Of a DNA stretch of 64,000 nt, positions 12,660 through 25,200 are shown one piece after another. The translations under genes were made by a program, and so were the position numbers. Below the pieces are notes generated by a model, which was given only the letters and a program-made list of their open reading frames with translations, was not told the origin of the DNA and ran no database searches. The DNA is taken from the NCBI RefSeq assembly GCF_030144855.1, contig NC_082734.1, forward strand, positions 21,824,001-21,888,000, written 5' to 3'. The DNA comes from Hypanus sabinus (taxonomy: Eukaryota). Numbering within the stretch: the stretch's first letter is position 1; each line of letters starts with the position of its first letter.

Positions 12660-13890
12660 GTCAGATCATTACATCGAGGTAGGACTTGGGGAAGAACAGT
12701 AACAGAATATGCAGAGTAAAGTGTAACATCTGCAGGGAGGGTGCAGTGCAATGAGGGCTACTACACAGTCGATTGGGAGGTCAAGAGTCTGTCCTATCAT
12801 ACCAGGGAACCATCCAGGCCTTCTAACAGTGGGGTAGAAGCTGTCCTTGAGCCTGGTGGGACGTGATTTCAGGCTTTTGTATCTTCCGCTCAATGTGAGG
12901 GGTGAGAATAGAGAACATCTGTAGTGGGTGGGGTCTTTGACTATGCTGACTAAGTGTAGACAGTGTCTTTAGTGGGGAGGGCTGCTTCCTGATGTATTGG
13001 GCTGAGTCTACAACTCTCTCTGCTTTATTGCAGTCACGGCCAGAGCAAACCGTGATGCGTCCAGATCGGATGCTGTCTCCAGTGCGTCGGTAAAAACTGA
13101 GTGTCGACTGGGACGAGCCAAACATCTTTAGCTTCCTGAGGAAGCAGAGGCGTTGGTGAGCTTTCTTGGGTAATGGCGCACATGTATTCGAACCAGGACA
13201 GGTTATCGTTGAGGTTCATTGAAGCTTGGACTCAATACAGTTGATGTAGACAATAGCATGTGCACACATCCCCACACCCCTTTCCTGAAGACAATGACCA
13301 ACTCTTTTTTTTCCCTTTTGACATTGAGGGAAAGGTCATCAGTTCACCGTGTCACAAAGCTTTCTGTCTCCGTCCCGTACCCTGACTCATCGTTATTTGA
13401 GATGCCAACTGCAGCCTTGCAGATGGAGACAGGGCAGGTTTATTATCGCTGACATACGTTGTGAAATTTGTCATCTTGCAGTGCAACGACATAGAAATTC
13501 TGAGGAAGTTTGGTATGTCACCGAAGACTCAAGCAAATTTCCACAGAGGTGCATCTCCGCCTGCTATGGAGGCTTGAGTGCACAGGATCGGAGAGTTGCT
13601 CCATCACAGGCTCACCTTCCAGAGGCATTCCCTCAAGGACATGCCCTCTTCTCATTGCTGCCATCAGGGAGGAGGTAGAGGAACCTGGAGACACACACTT
13701 CATGGTTCAGGATCAGCTTCTTCCCCTCCGGCATCAGATTTCCAAATGCTCAATGAACACCACCTCACTGTTCTTCTTTTGCACTTCTTTTATTTTTTGT
13801 AACTTAACGCAATTTTTATGTCTTGCACTGTACTGCAGCCACAAATCAACAAATTTCACCACATATCAGCGAAAATAAGCTCGATTCTGA
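12660..13890. mobile_element. Rex1-like LINE fragments (minus about 12670-13340, plus about 13490-13890)
   Basis: SGRYKSLKSRPTRLKDSFYP and LPSGRR motifs; ATTCTGATT tail. Confidence 0.65.
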
Positions 13891-14544
13891 TTTTCAAAAC
13901 ATTTCCATTTTGCCTTACAACAACATTTTGTGTTCCACATTTTTACATACACCGACAAGCAATCAGACATGGTGCCGGCACATTTAACTCTTCTCCTTAG
14001 AATTTGGGGGAGGGTAGGGAACAAGATCTCAATGTAGAAAAAGAATGAAGTCATTACCAGGGTGGGGGGGGGGGTCAGCAACAACAGGAGATGAGGTGTA
14101 GAGACACCAGCCCAGCAGGGATGGTCCCAGTGTGCCTGAAGAGCCCGGTGGGGCGATGGACTGAGAGGGAGACTGGGTCCCCAGAACCGGCGGGGTAACT
14201 GTGAGAGGGAGAGGAAGGAGGGCAGAGAAAGAGAGGGACAAGAGAGTGGAAGAGAGGTGGAAGGGAGGGGAGGTAAGACAAGAGTGGGAGAAGGGGAGAA
14301 GCAAGGGACAGGGAAGAAGGCTGGGAAGGGGAGAGTGGGAGGGATAGGGAGCAGATCAGTGAGAGAGAGGTACCTGAGAGAAGGAAGGAGAATTGGAACA
14401 GGATGGCAAGAGGGAGGAAGAGAGGGTGAGCGAGAGATATATGGGGTGGGGGAATAGGGAAACAAGGGAGGAAGAGATGGAGATAGCATGGACAAAGAAA
14501 AATGGAGGACTATGTAGGAGAGAAGATACAGGGATCAACAGGAG

Positions 14545-14940
14545 TGAGATACAGGCCGGGATCTAATCCAGGGGTTCCTAAAATAGAATAACAGATCCCT
14601 GGGAGTAGATTGCAGGCTGGGATCTAATCCAGGGGGTTTGGGGACTTATGTATAGAATAACAGATCCCCAGGAGTGGATTGCAGGCTGGGATCTAATCCA
14701 GGGGTTTGGGGGCTTACATATAGAATAACTGATCCCCTGGAGTGGGTTACAAGCTGGGATCTAATCTTGGGGATCGGGATTTATATATAGAATAATAAAT
14801 CTCTGAGAATGAGTTACCAACTGGGATCTAATCCAGGCTTTCAGGGGGTTTATATATAAAATAACAGATCCCTGGAGTAGGATACAGTCTATGGTCTAAT
14901 ACAGGGGTTGGGTGGGTTATATGTAGAATAACAGATCCTG
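14545..14940 (+). repeat. Degenerate tandem repeat of about 65-70 bp (GGGATCTAATCCAGGGG...TATATAGAATAACAGATCCC)
   Basis: About 6 copies; the same family occurs inverted at 55340-55391 and 56984-57275. Confidence 0.85.
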
Positions 14941-16261
14941 GAAGAGGAAGAGAAACTTGTGAGCCACTTTGAACAGCTGTGTTGTTTATATATTTACATC
15001 ATAAATGATATCTGTGTGGATTGTCCGTGTTCCATAAATTGGAATTTACTGTGAAACTCTGTGGCCCTTCTTCACAATCCTTTGATGGAGAGCTTCAGTC
15101 ACCAGATCATAAATGGGATGCTCTCACCACCGATTTGCCTCAAAGGCACAGGCTGCTTCTATGTGGCCCTTCATCCATCCAGCCTCTGCTATCCCCCTCA
15201 CAAGTCTGGAACATTGAGGAGGTAGGTGATCTTTCCGTTCAAAATGTCTCTTCTCTCCCAAACACACCATTCTCTCCTCCCCCCTCCATCCTCCCAACCA
15301 GGCATTGGACCCATCATTTGCCACCCCCACCACGACATTGGCAATTAACCCATGAGGGACTTTATGAAATGCCTTACTAAATTCCATGTAGACAACATCC
15401 ACTGCCCTAACTTCATTAATCTCTCTCATCACCATGTCAAAAATATCAAAAAAAGTTGGTAAAACACAACTTGCCCCACACAAAGCCATGTTGGGTCTCT
15501 CGAATTAGCCCATGGGTTTCCAAATGTTCATTTTCTCCAGCAATTTCCCTAACAACTGACATGAGGCTCACCAGTCAATAGTTCCCAGGATTTTCCCTTG
15601 TTACCTTTTTAAATAGAGGCATATCAGACACTTGTCAGTCCTCCAGGACCTCACCTGTCGCTAGAGAGGACACAAAGATACTGGTCAAGGCCCCAGCAGT
15701 TTTGTCTCTTGCCTCCTTCAAATCCCATCAGGCCCTGGGGACTGATATTAATACTCATTAAGAGGCCCAACACTTCCACCTCCTTGACCTCTAAACACCC
15801 TAACATATTTTTTACACTCAGCACTAACCTCCTGTTGCTCCATATCCTTTTCCTTGGTAAATTCTGAAACAAAGTTCTCAGTAAGTACTTCATGCACATT
15901 CTCCAAATCCAAGCAAATGTTCCTCTTTATCCTTGAATGGTCCTACCCTCTCCCTAGTTATCCACTTGCTCACGATGTATTGGGATGCCTTGAGATTCAC
16001 CTTAATCCTCCTTGCCCTTCCCAGCTTTCTAAATTCCCTTCTTTATTTCTTTTTTGGCTTCTTTGTAATCCTAACTTCATTTGATAGGCTCCATTTGATC
16101 CTAACTTCTGAAGCTTTAAATACCATTTCCATTTTCTTCTTGACTAGAAATTCAAGATTCTCTTAACTTTCCACCCTCATCCTTCCTTCTAATAGGAACT
16201 TTACTCTGTACGATTGATCTTTAACCACTCTCCACATGTCTGATGAGGACTTGCCAATTAA

Positions 16262-16560
16262 ATAGGCATCTGTTAGTCTCATGACACCACGGATTTGTGC
16301 CTTGGAAGGTTTCCAGGGAGCAGGGTTGTATGGGAGACCGGCATTTGCCCAAGCTGCTAAGCCTTCCCCTCTCCACGCCACTGATGTTTTCCAAGGGAAG
16401 GGCACGAGGACTCAAGCAGCTTGGCATCGGTGTCGTCACAAAGCAATGTGTTGTTAAGTGCCTTCTTCAAGGACACAATGCGCTGCCTCAGCTGAGACTC
16501 GAACCAGTGACCTTCAGATCACCAGACTGATGCCTTATCCACTAGGCCACGCGCCAACAC
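16262..16560 (-). mobile_element. tRNA-derived SINE
   Basis: Minus-strand head with A box TGGCCTAGTGG and B box GGTTCGAGTC, followed by GTGTCCTTGA..GGCACTTAAC. Confidence 0.75.
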
Positions 16561-17124
16561 AAGTTAAACGCAAGTTTTGCCAGTTAAAAAGGTGTTCCCA
16601 AATAACGCTTCTTCGTTCCTGCCTAATGCCCTCGTAGTTTGCCCTAATCCAATTTAAAACTCTCCTGCAGGTCACTGCTAGTCCGCTGAAAGGTCAGTCA
16701 CCTGGCCTGGCTCAACACCAGGTCCAGTACGGCCCCTCCTCTTGTCAGACTGTGCACATATTGATTTAATAAATCCTCAAGGATACACTTAACAAATTCT
16801 TCCCCATCTAAACCCCCTGCACTAAGAAGTCCCAGTTTATATTAGGGAAGTTGAAATCCCCCATGACAACAACCCTATTATCTTTACACATTCCCTTCAT
16901 CTGATTACTTATCTGTTCGTCAATGTTCTGGTGGCTATCAGGGGGTCTGTGTTTCAATCCCATCTGTGTGACTGCACCCTTCCTATTCCTGAGTTCCACC
17001 CAAATGGACTTGTCTGATTTTCCCACTGTGTCTCCTCTGAGTGCAGCTGTAATATTGTCCCTGATTAGTAGTGTAACTCCATCCCCTCTTAAAATCCTCC
17101 TCTATCTTTTCTAAAACCTCACTC

Positions 17125-17775
17125 TTTCCAATATTTTTATTAGTTTCTACATAAAAGAATACAGAGTACAAGGAAGTGTATATAAGAGGTCAGAAAAGAT
17201 TTTAAAAAACCAGTTACGTTGTATCTGTTCATAATAACAATTACATTACCCCATATTCATAGAAGTTAATCAATAGTTATATTGAACTATACTAATTTAT
17301 TATAAAAGAAAAAATATCTAACCCCTACCAAGACTGAAGCTGTTTATTAAGGAGAAAAGAAGGTAAATACCTTCTTATATAATAAAAATTAATAATAGCC
17401 AACATGAGTTTAAATAACAAATTGAAGGCTTTGAAAATAATTCAGAAAAGGTCCCCACAAAGTTTGAAAGTCTTGACAAGATTCAGAAATTGAAAAACAA
17501 ATCTTCTCTAAATCTAATCATAACGTCACATCACCATTGAGCATGAGGAGGAAGAACATCTTTCCATTTAAACAAAAGCGTCCTCCTAGCTATAAGAGAG
17601 CTAAAGGCCAAAATATGTAAATCAGATGCTTTCAGCTTAATATCTTGTCCAGCAACAACACCAAAAAGGGCCGTCAGAGGGTTAGGCTTAAAATTGACTT
17701 TTAAAAAAAAATAAGGAAAAAGTTTGAAAAACTAACTTGCAATATTTTTCAAGATTCAGGCAGGAACAAAACTTC
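17125..17775 (-). mobile_element. L1/Tx1-like LINE 3' end
   Basis: ORF2 C-terminus AFSSLIARRTLLFKWKD...LEKI...LWGPFLNYF and an AT-rich 3' UTR. Confidence 0.75.
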
Positions 17776-18549
17776 AAAAACCTGGTATATTAATCAGCTA
17801 TTCCTGCCCCTCTCTCAACCAAGGTTCAGTAATGGTTACAACATCATAAGTTTCTTGAACTGAAACATGCTCTAAGTTTATCACCTGTACCCAGAATACT
17901 CCTAGCATTACAATATACACGTTTCAAACTATCTGATCCATCATGTCTATTATTTTAATTTTGCCTTTCAACAGTTTCCCTGACATCCACCTTCTGGTCT
18001 GAATCTTTCCTTAATTACCTGGGTCTCCGGTTCCTGGCCCCTTTCAAAACTAGTTTAAACCCTCACAAGCAGCACAAGCAAACCTCCCGGCCAGGATATT
18101 AGTTCCCCATCAGTTCAAGTGCAACCCATCCCTCCTGTAGAGGTCACTTCTCCCCCCCAATGAGCCAACAACTTGAAGCCCTGACCCCTGCACCATCTCC
18201 TCAGCCACTCATTCATCTGTACTCACCCCATTCTACCTGCACTAGCCCGGAAGTAGTCCGGAGATTACTAATAAATTTTTATATTTTGCACTGTACTGCT
18301 GCTCCGAGACAACAAATTTTGTGACGCGTCAGTGACCTGATACTGATTTAGTTCTCCAGGTATTGAGTGAGAGAGGAGGGGTCCATTACCTATCTCTCCT
18401 AAAGCAGTAGGATTACAGAATTGTACAGCTCAGAGACAGGCCCTTCTGCCCAGGATGTCCATACTGACCCCTTCCCTCCCAATCCCTTTCACCAGTTTTC
18501 CGACTCTACCCTTCTACGTGCTGTTTCTGTCTAAATGCCTCTTAAACGC

Positions 18550-18938
18550 TGTCACGATGTGCGCTGACAATATCAGAACCCATAGGCGGAGGAAAGACGG
18601 ACTCCGTTGTAGAGACAGTGGCAAGAGTTTATTCATAATAATTCAAAAGAAATTTGGCTCAGCCAAGCGACACCGCGACAATAAACATTCTCAAAGTGAG
18701 GACCCCATGATTGGCGCTAATTGGGCGTCTGCTTAAATGATACAAGTAACAGAGACTCCCCAAGCCTATCAAAATAAATTTAAGCTTAAACAGAAAGCAC
18801 CAGGACAGCACGTTACAAAGAGCGAATCGCTTGAGAAAAACACAATGAACTCTAAACGATTAACCAATTCAGGTGCTCGAAAAGCCTCGGCGCCTAAAGC
18901 TCTCCTGCGCCCCACACAGGCCCGAAGAGCTCATTACA
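18550..18938 (-). mobile_element. Solo LTR (TG...CA); partial second copy at about 20393-20575
   Basis: TGTCAC...TTACA termini; AATAAA on the minus strand; shared TTATTCATAATAATTC...TAAGCTTAAACAGAAAGCACCA block. Confidence 0.6.
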
Positions 18939-19149
18939 AGTGCAGTGACTGCATCAGATTCCACCACCTCCTGTGGCAGCTCATTTCAAATGTCACTCAC
19001 ACTTGGTATGAAATATCTCACCCCTCAGGTCCCCCTTTAAATCACCTTCCTCTCTCCCTAAACCCACAGCCTACCTCTCCCTCTGGCAGCTAATTTCATA
19101 TCCCCAGCACCCTCTGTGGGAACAATCTGCCTTTTTAAACCTATTCACG

Positions 19150-19605
19150 TGAACTCAGCCCAGACCGTCACACAAACCAATCTTCCGTCCTTGGACTCAC
19201 TTTGCACCGCACGCTGTCAGAGCAGTGCTGCCAGGATAACCAAGGACACGACGCACACAGCCAACACATTTTTGTCCTTCTTCCCTCCGGGAGGAGGTTC
19301 AGGAGCTTAAAGATTCATGCGGCCAGATTTGGGAACAGCTTCTTTCCAACCGTGATAAGACTGCTGAACGGATCCTGACCCGGATCTGGGCCGTACCTTC
19401 CAAATATCCGGACCTGTCTCTCGGTTTTTTTGCACTACCTTACTCTCCCTTTTCTATTTTTTATTTATGATTTATAATTTTTTATTATACTTACTATCGA
19501 TTTGTACTCCAGGGAGCACGAAGCACAGAACCAAATATTGCTGTTTTGATTGTATGCTCTAGTAGCAATTGTTTGGCGACAATAAAGTATTAAAGTATTA
19601 AAAAG
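19150..19605 (+). mobile_element. Rex1-like LINE 3' end with (TAAAGTAT)n tail
   Basis: PSGRRFRSL..RFGNSFFP-like remnant and short-repeat tail. Confidence 0.65.
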
Positions 19606-20605
19606 CATTCCCCCTAGTTTTGGACTCCCCTCTTCTGGAAGAGGGACAGAGATAGAGGGGGAGGGGGACAGAGAGAGGAATGGGGTGAGAGGGGGAGAGA
19701 GAGAAAAAAAGAAAATGACCACCCTCCTCATCTACACCCCTCATGATTTTATAAACCTCTGTCAGGTCACCCCTCCAGTTCCCTTTGCTCCAGGGAAAAC
19801 AGGCCGAGACTGCACAGTCTCCCCTTACAACTCAAGCCTTCCAGCCCCGGGAATGTCCTGGTGAATTTTTCTTCCACCCTCTCCACCTTCATATTGCTGG
19901 GTGACCCGAACGGCACATACTATTCCTCACTGATGTATCGCTGTAACGGGACATCCCAACCACTGTACTCAATGCTCCAAACGGTGAAGGCCAGTGAGCC
20001 AGACACCTTCTTCCCCTTTCCAGTGACTTCACTTTCAGGAAACCACGCACTTGTACCCTGGGTCTCTCTGTTCTACAACAAACCCCAGGGCCCTGATGTT
20101 CTACCATCTGCCCTGCTGGGCAATGAGGAAGCACACTATCCACTGAATTCCCTCTTGTGGTTGATACTCTGACCGCACAGAAAAAGTCCCTGATGATCTA
20201 GCCTACTGCCGAGGAGGTTGAGGAGGCCTGGTTTATCACCGAACTCTAACAAGCTGCACTGTTGGAAGTGTCCTGGTGGCTTCACGGTCTGCACAGCAAT
20301 TGAAACATGCAGAAGTGTAAGAAGCTGCAGAGAGTAATGGGTGCATCCCCTCCCCACCGTCAGTATTTACAGCGAAGCCTCAGGAAGCAGCAGCTTATTC
20401 ATAATAATTCCAGAAGAACATCGGTGCCTTGGCCAAGTGACACAACGAGAAGAAACATTCCCAAAACTAGGACCCCGCGATTACCTCAAATCTGGTGTCC
20501 ATTTAATTAATACAAGTATCACAGAATCCCTGACCCTCTCAAAGTAAACTTCATAAGCTTAAACAGAAAGCACCAATGTCCATTATCAAAGATCCCCACC
20601 ATCAG

Positions 20606-20953
20606 TGTCACGGTCCCTTCTGGCAATCCCCCACCTGGCTATTTTCCTCAGGATTTGGGCCTCAATCCCCTTGTTTAGTTTCCAATCATTCCCAGGTTCC
20701 ACTAACTACACACACCTGCTTTCCATCAGAAAATGCAGGATAAAGACCCTGTGATCACAACAAGGAGCTGCCAGTTTGTTGGTCGACTCCGGCGTCAGTA
20801 ACCTCATTTCACGGCTCTTAGGACTGCCTGTTCTAAGTCCAGCATCGTTCCTGGATACCGATTCCACGCTGGCTACATCAAGAGCGCCTCCTGATTCTGC
20901 CTCCGCACCCGTGTTCTGCACCTGGGTTTGTCCACCGCTTTGCTCGTGTAACA
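20606..20953. mobile_element. Probable solo LTR inserted in a Rex1 remnant
   Basis: TGTCAC...TGTAACA termini; host sequence CCCCACCATC|CAGGCCATGCC resumes on either side. Confidence 0.5.
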
Positions 20954-22047
20954 CCCAGGCCATGCCATCTTCTCACAGCTCCCATCTACAGAAGCCCGAA
21001 GTTCCACACCATCAGGATAAGAGCAGCAACCTCCTTTCAATCATCTGGTTCTTGAACCACCCGGCATAACCGCCATCAGTACCTCAGTACAGCAACACTG
21101 TGACCACTTCACTCTTGGGTGGACTAGTTCTAATGGTATTCTTTATTGTAACATTTCTACCTGACTTGTGTTTGATTGTTGTTGTTCCACCACCGTCTAG
21201 TTGGAGGGGCCACTACACAGGATCGGAAATTGCTGCAGAGAGTTGTAAGCTCAAGACAGCTCCATTATGGGCACCAGCCTCCCCAGCACTGAGTACGTCT
21301 TCAAAAGGTGATGCCTCAGAAAGGTGGCATCCGTCATTAAGGACCCCATCACCCACAATGTGCCCTCTTTTCATTACCACCACCATGGAGAAAGACAGGG
21401 ACAGCTTCTTCCCCTCCACCATCAGATTTCTGAATGGATAAGGAACCCATGAACACTAAATCACTATTACTTTATCTTCTCATTTTTGCACTACCTATTT
21501 TTAATTTAATTTCTTATTGTAATTTATAGGGTTTTTTTAATCTTCATGTACTGCTGCCGCAAAATAACACATCCCACGACATACGCCTGTGAAGTTAAAC
21601 CTGATTCAGATTCGGGTTTAGAACGTTGTACATTTGATGCAATGTCTGATTTTGGATCTTTATCAGAGAACAGCAGGTCACAGGTACGCACGTCCTCGAT
21701 GTGACCGTGCCTCTCGCAAGGTCCTCCATTTGCACCACATCAATACCCTCCACCTCCACGGCCTCTGATGCTCTAGGGCCAAATGGCATCAACCTCTCTC
21801 TCCAAACCTCTCCCCACCACAGGAGTTTTCCCCCACCCACCCTGGCTCCAGAACACTCTCCTCTTCCCTCCCCTCCACTGAGACCTCTGCGAGACACTCT
21901 GTGTGCCTCTCTCTGTCACAGACCTCTCTCGGGTGGGGAGGCAGCTTGGAGTGTTTCTCCCACAGTGGAGGAGACGGGAGAGTGGAAGGGGAGGGAGATA
22001 ATGGGGTACCGTAGATATCAATGTCCTGGAGGGAAGAGAGGGGGCAT

Positions 22048-22270
22048 CTAGTTGCTGTTGAGGAGGGATTTGAGAGAGGAGCTGGAGAGGGTGTCCAGAC
22101 AGGCCAAATCAGCCCCCACACTCTGGGCTGTGGAGGGCCCCACAAGGACCACTCTTGAATGCTTGTAGGTGACTGCCCAGCCTTTGGGAGTGTGGCCAGT
22201 GCCAAGATCCGACTGCCTTCTCAATGTCCAGAGACCCAACGCCATCTTCTGCTGAATTCGAGTGCAGGTG
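22048..22270 (-). CDS. KREMEN2: KREMEN2 exon 9, cytoplasmic tail
   Basis: STCTRIQQKMALG...GWAVTYKHSRVVLVG...SSSSLKSLLNSN*; resembles the WAVWY...SSLRSLI tail of human KREMEN2; AAG acceptor after a long pyrimidine tract. Confidence 0.8.
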
Positions 22271-25200
22271 CTTGGGGGAAGGGGTGTTTGGAGAGAGGGG
22301 AGAGAAACATCAGTGGACGAGAACAGACAGGGTTATCGCACAGGCAGAAGGCAGTGAGGGGAGAGACAGATGTCCAATGTTCAGTCGCAGAGGGAGGAGG
22401 GGAAGAGATAGATGTACAATAACAGATAGAGGAGAGGACAGTGTGTTACGCCCAGTCCCAAAAGGGGGAGAGGATGGTATATCCAATGTCAGTCCCAAAG
22501 GGGGGAGAGGACATTGAGTCCGATGCCCAGTTTCAGACAGCGGAGAAGGCAGTGAGTCCCATGCTCAGTCCCAGGGAGAGGGGAGAGGACGATGTATCCG
22601 ATGCCCAGACCCAGGGCGGGGGGAGGGCATTAAGTCTGATGCCCAGTCCTGGGGAGGGGAGGGCATTGAGTGCAATGCCCAGTTTCAGACAGCGGAGAAG
22701 GCAGTGAGTCCCATGTTCAGTCCCAGGGAGAGGGGAGAGGACGATGAGTCCAATGCCCAGTCCCAGAGAGGAGAAGATGTTGAGTTCAAAGCCCACTTCC
22801 AGAGGGGAGAGAGGATGGTGTATCCGATGCCCAGACCCGGGGCGGGGGGAGGGCATTAAGTCCAATGCCCAGTCCCGGGGGGGGGGGAGGGCATTGAGTC
22901 TGATGCCCAGTCCCAGAGGGCGGAGAGGGCATTGAGTCCAATGCCCAGTCCCGGGGGGGGGGGGGGGGGAGGGCATTGTCCAATGCCCAGTTCCCAGAGT
23001 GGAGGAGAAGACAGTGTGCCTGTTGCCTGCTCCCGGGGGGGGGAGGGTGGAGAGGACAGTGAGTCTGATGCCCAGACCTGGGGGGGGGGCAGGGCAGGAG
23101 AGGATGGTGTGTTTTACCTCTTGTGCAGATGACACACTGTGACGAGGACAATGATGCCTGTTAGAGTGACGGCTGTGTACAAGGCCCAAGCTAGAACAGG
23201 AGAGAAATGGGAGGGAGTCAGAACCTGGGAGGAGACATCCCCCCTCCCGATGATCCTCCCTACCCGCCCCAAACAACGCTCTCGCAACAGCCAAAGGAAG
23301 GAATGGCAGAAAGGCAGCGGAACTCAGCAAGAGAGGACCACACCCGGGTTCCCACCCAATCCAGGGAACCTCCCTCCCTGCTCACAGCTCATCCCTCTGG
23401 GCGTTTGGTGAATCCGGTGTTGCTGCAGCTCCCAGTGTCTGCAGACACTCCCCCTCCCTCCCTACAGCTCACTCCCTACCATCCCTCACTCACACCCTCC
23501 TCTCTCTCCTGCCTCAGCCCCTCCTCTTTCCCGTCCCCTTCCCTTTAACCCTACTCTCTCTTTCATTCCCCCCTCCACCCTCATTCCACAACCTCCGTTC
23601 TGCCCCATCTAGTACCCTGCTCGGTGTTCCTGGGGGAGGGGAAGGAAGGAGTGACTCCCCCATCCCCATACCTGCTATTCCAGTCATCATCCTGTTCGAG
23701 CGTCCGGTCTCTAACCCCTCGGTCTCCATGGAGAAGGATCTCGGAGCCTCCGTCAATGTTCTGACGTCATCGTTCTCCAGACCTGGGTCAAAGTTCAAAG
23801 GCAGGTTGGTACGACTGGGGCCAGGGGTCAAACCCAAACCTTCACCCTGTAGCTGACTCTGAAAGTGTGTGATGGGATGGTGTGGAGGGAGCTCCACTCT
23901 GAGGCTGGCCCAGGAGTGCGTGGAGGGAACGTCACTCCATGCCTGACCCCAGGAGTGTGTAAAGTGACGGTGGGGGAGAGAGCGAGAGGGAAAAGGGAAC
24001 AGAGGTAAAGAGGGGGATAAAGGAGGAGAGAGGTGAGGTGAAGAGGGTCAGGAGGTTGGGGCTGTGTGGAGCAAGGTAGCCTCTCCCCCCCCCCTCAGAT
24101 CTGTAGATCAGTGTGAAGGGGAAGAGGGAGGGCCCTGACACTGTGAGGGAGCCAAGGGGTGTGGGTGGGGGCTGGACGAGGGAGTGAAAGGGGTGGGATT
24201 ACTGAAACGAGTGAGCCTCCCCCAGATCTCACCTCGGTAGACCAGTGCGAATCCCTGTCCCTCATGGACGGAGTTGGAGAGGAACCGGAGCCGGATCCAG
24301 CCGGTGTGGAAGCGGTGGGTTCCCAGGGGGGAGCCTCCCCCCACGAAGGTGGCCAGCAGCCGGCCCGTCCGCCCCTCCCGCACTTCCAGTTGGTCGCCCC
24401 CTTCTCGCAGCTCGAACAGCCGGATGTCCAGCTCGATGGCCTGGGCGCCCGGTGGCCGCAGGTCCCAGAAACACTCCGAGTCTGGCTTGTAGGTATCCGG
24501 GTATTCCGGGGAGTAGATTACCCCAGAGCGGGAGCGCAGATCTCCCCCGCATGACCCTACGGACACTGGGGGAGAGAAGGGAGGGTTAAGGAATGCTCCT
24601 CCACTCTCCCGATCCTCACTGCTCACCCCTCACCTTCCCAATCTCCTCTCCCCATCCCTTCACAATGCTCTCTCTCTCCTCATCCTCTCCTTTCCCCCTC
24701 CTGGTCCTCTACCTCCCATTATCCTGCCCATTCCCTCCCCTCCCCCTCAACTTCCCAATCCACAGTGACCCTCCCCTCCCCCTCAACTTCCCAATCCACT
24801 GAGACTCTCCCCTCCCCCTCAACTTCCCAATCCACTGTGACCCTCCCCTCCCCCTCAACTTCCCAATCCACTGAGACCCTCCCCTCCCCCTCAACTTCCC
24901 AATCCACTGTGACCCTCCCCTCAACTTCCCAATCCACTGAGACCCTCCCCTCCCCCTCAACTTCCCAATCCACTGAGACCCTCCCCTCCCCCTCAACTTC
25001 CCAATCCACTGAGACCCTCCCCTCCCCCTCAACTTCCCAATCCACTGAGACCCTCCCCTCCCTCTCAACTTCCCAATCCACTGTGACCCTCCCCTCAACT
25101 TCCCAATCCACTGAGACCCTCCCCTCCCCCTCAACTTCCCAATCCACTGAGACCCTCCCCTCCCCCTCAACTTCCCAATCCACTGAGACCCTCCCCTCCC

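Larger units (their letters stand above)
15340..18270 (-). mobile_element. Long degenerate CR1-like LINE (endonuclease and RT), interrupted by a SINE and an L1
   Basis: IWVELRNRKG...VVVMGDFNFPNINWD (APE domain); AVDVVYMEFSKAFHKVPHG (RT domain). Confidence 0.85.

Noticed and set aside
16470-16560. tRNA-like sequence with A and B boxes
   Set aside because: It is the head of a SINE continuous with body and tail, not a tRNA gene.
23389-23438. Possible alternative terminal exon giving soluble KREMEN2 (DTGSCSNTGFTKRPEG*)
   Set aside because: The AG is preceded by purine-rich sequence with no pyrimidine tract, and there is no other support.
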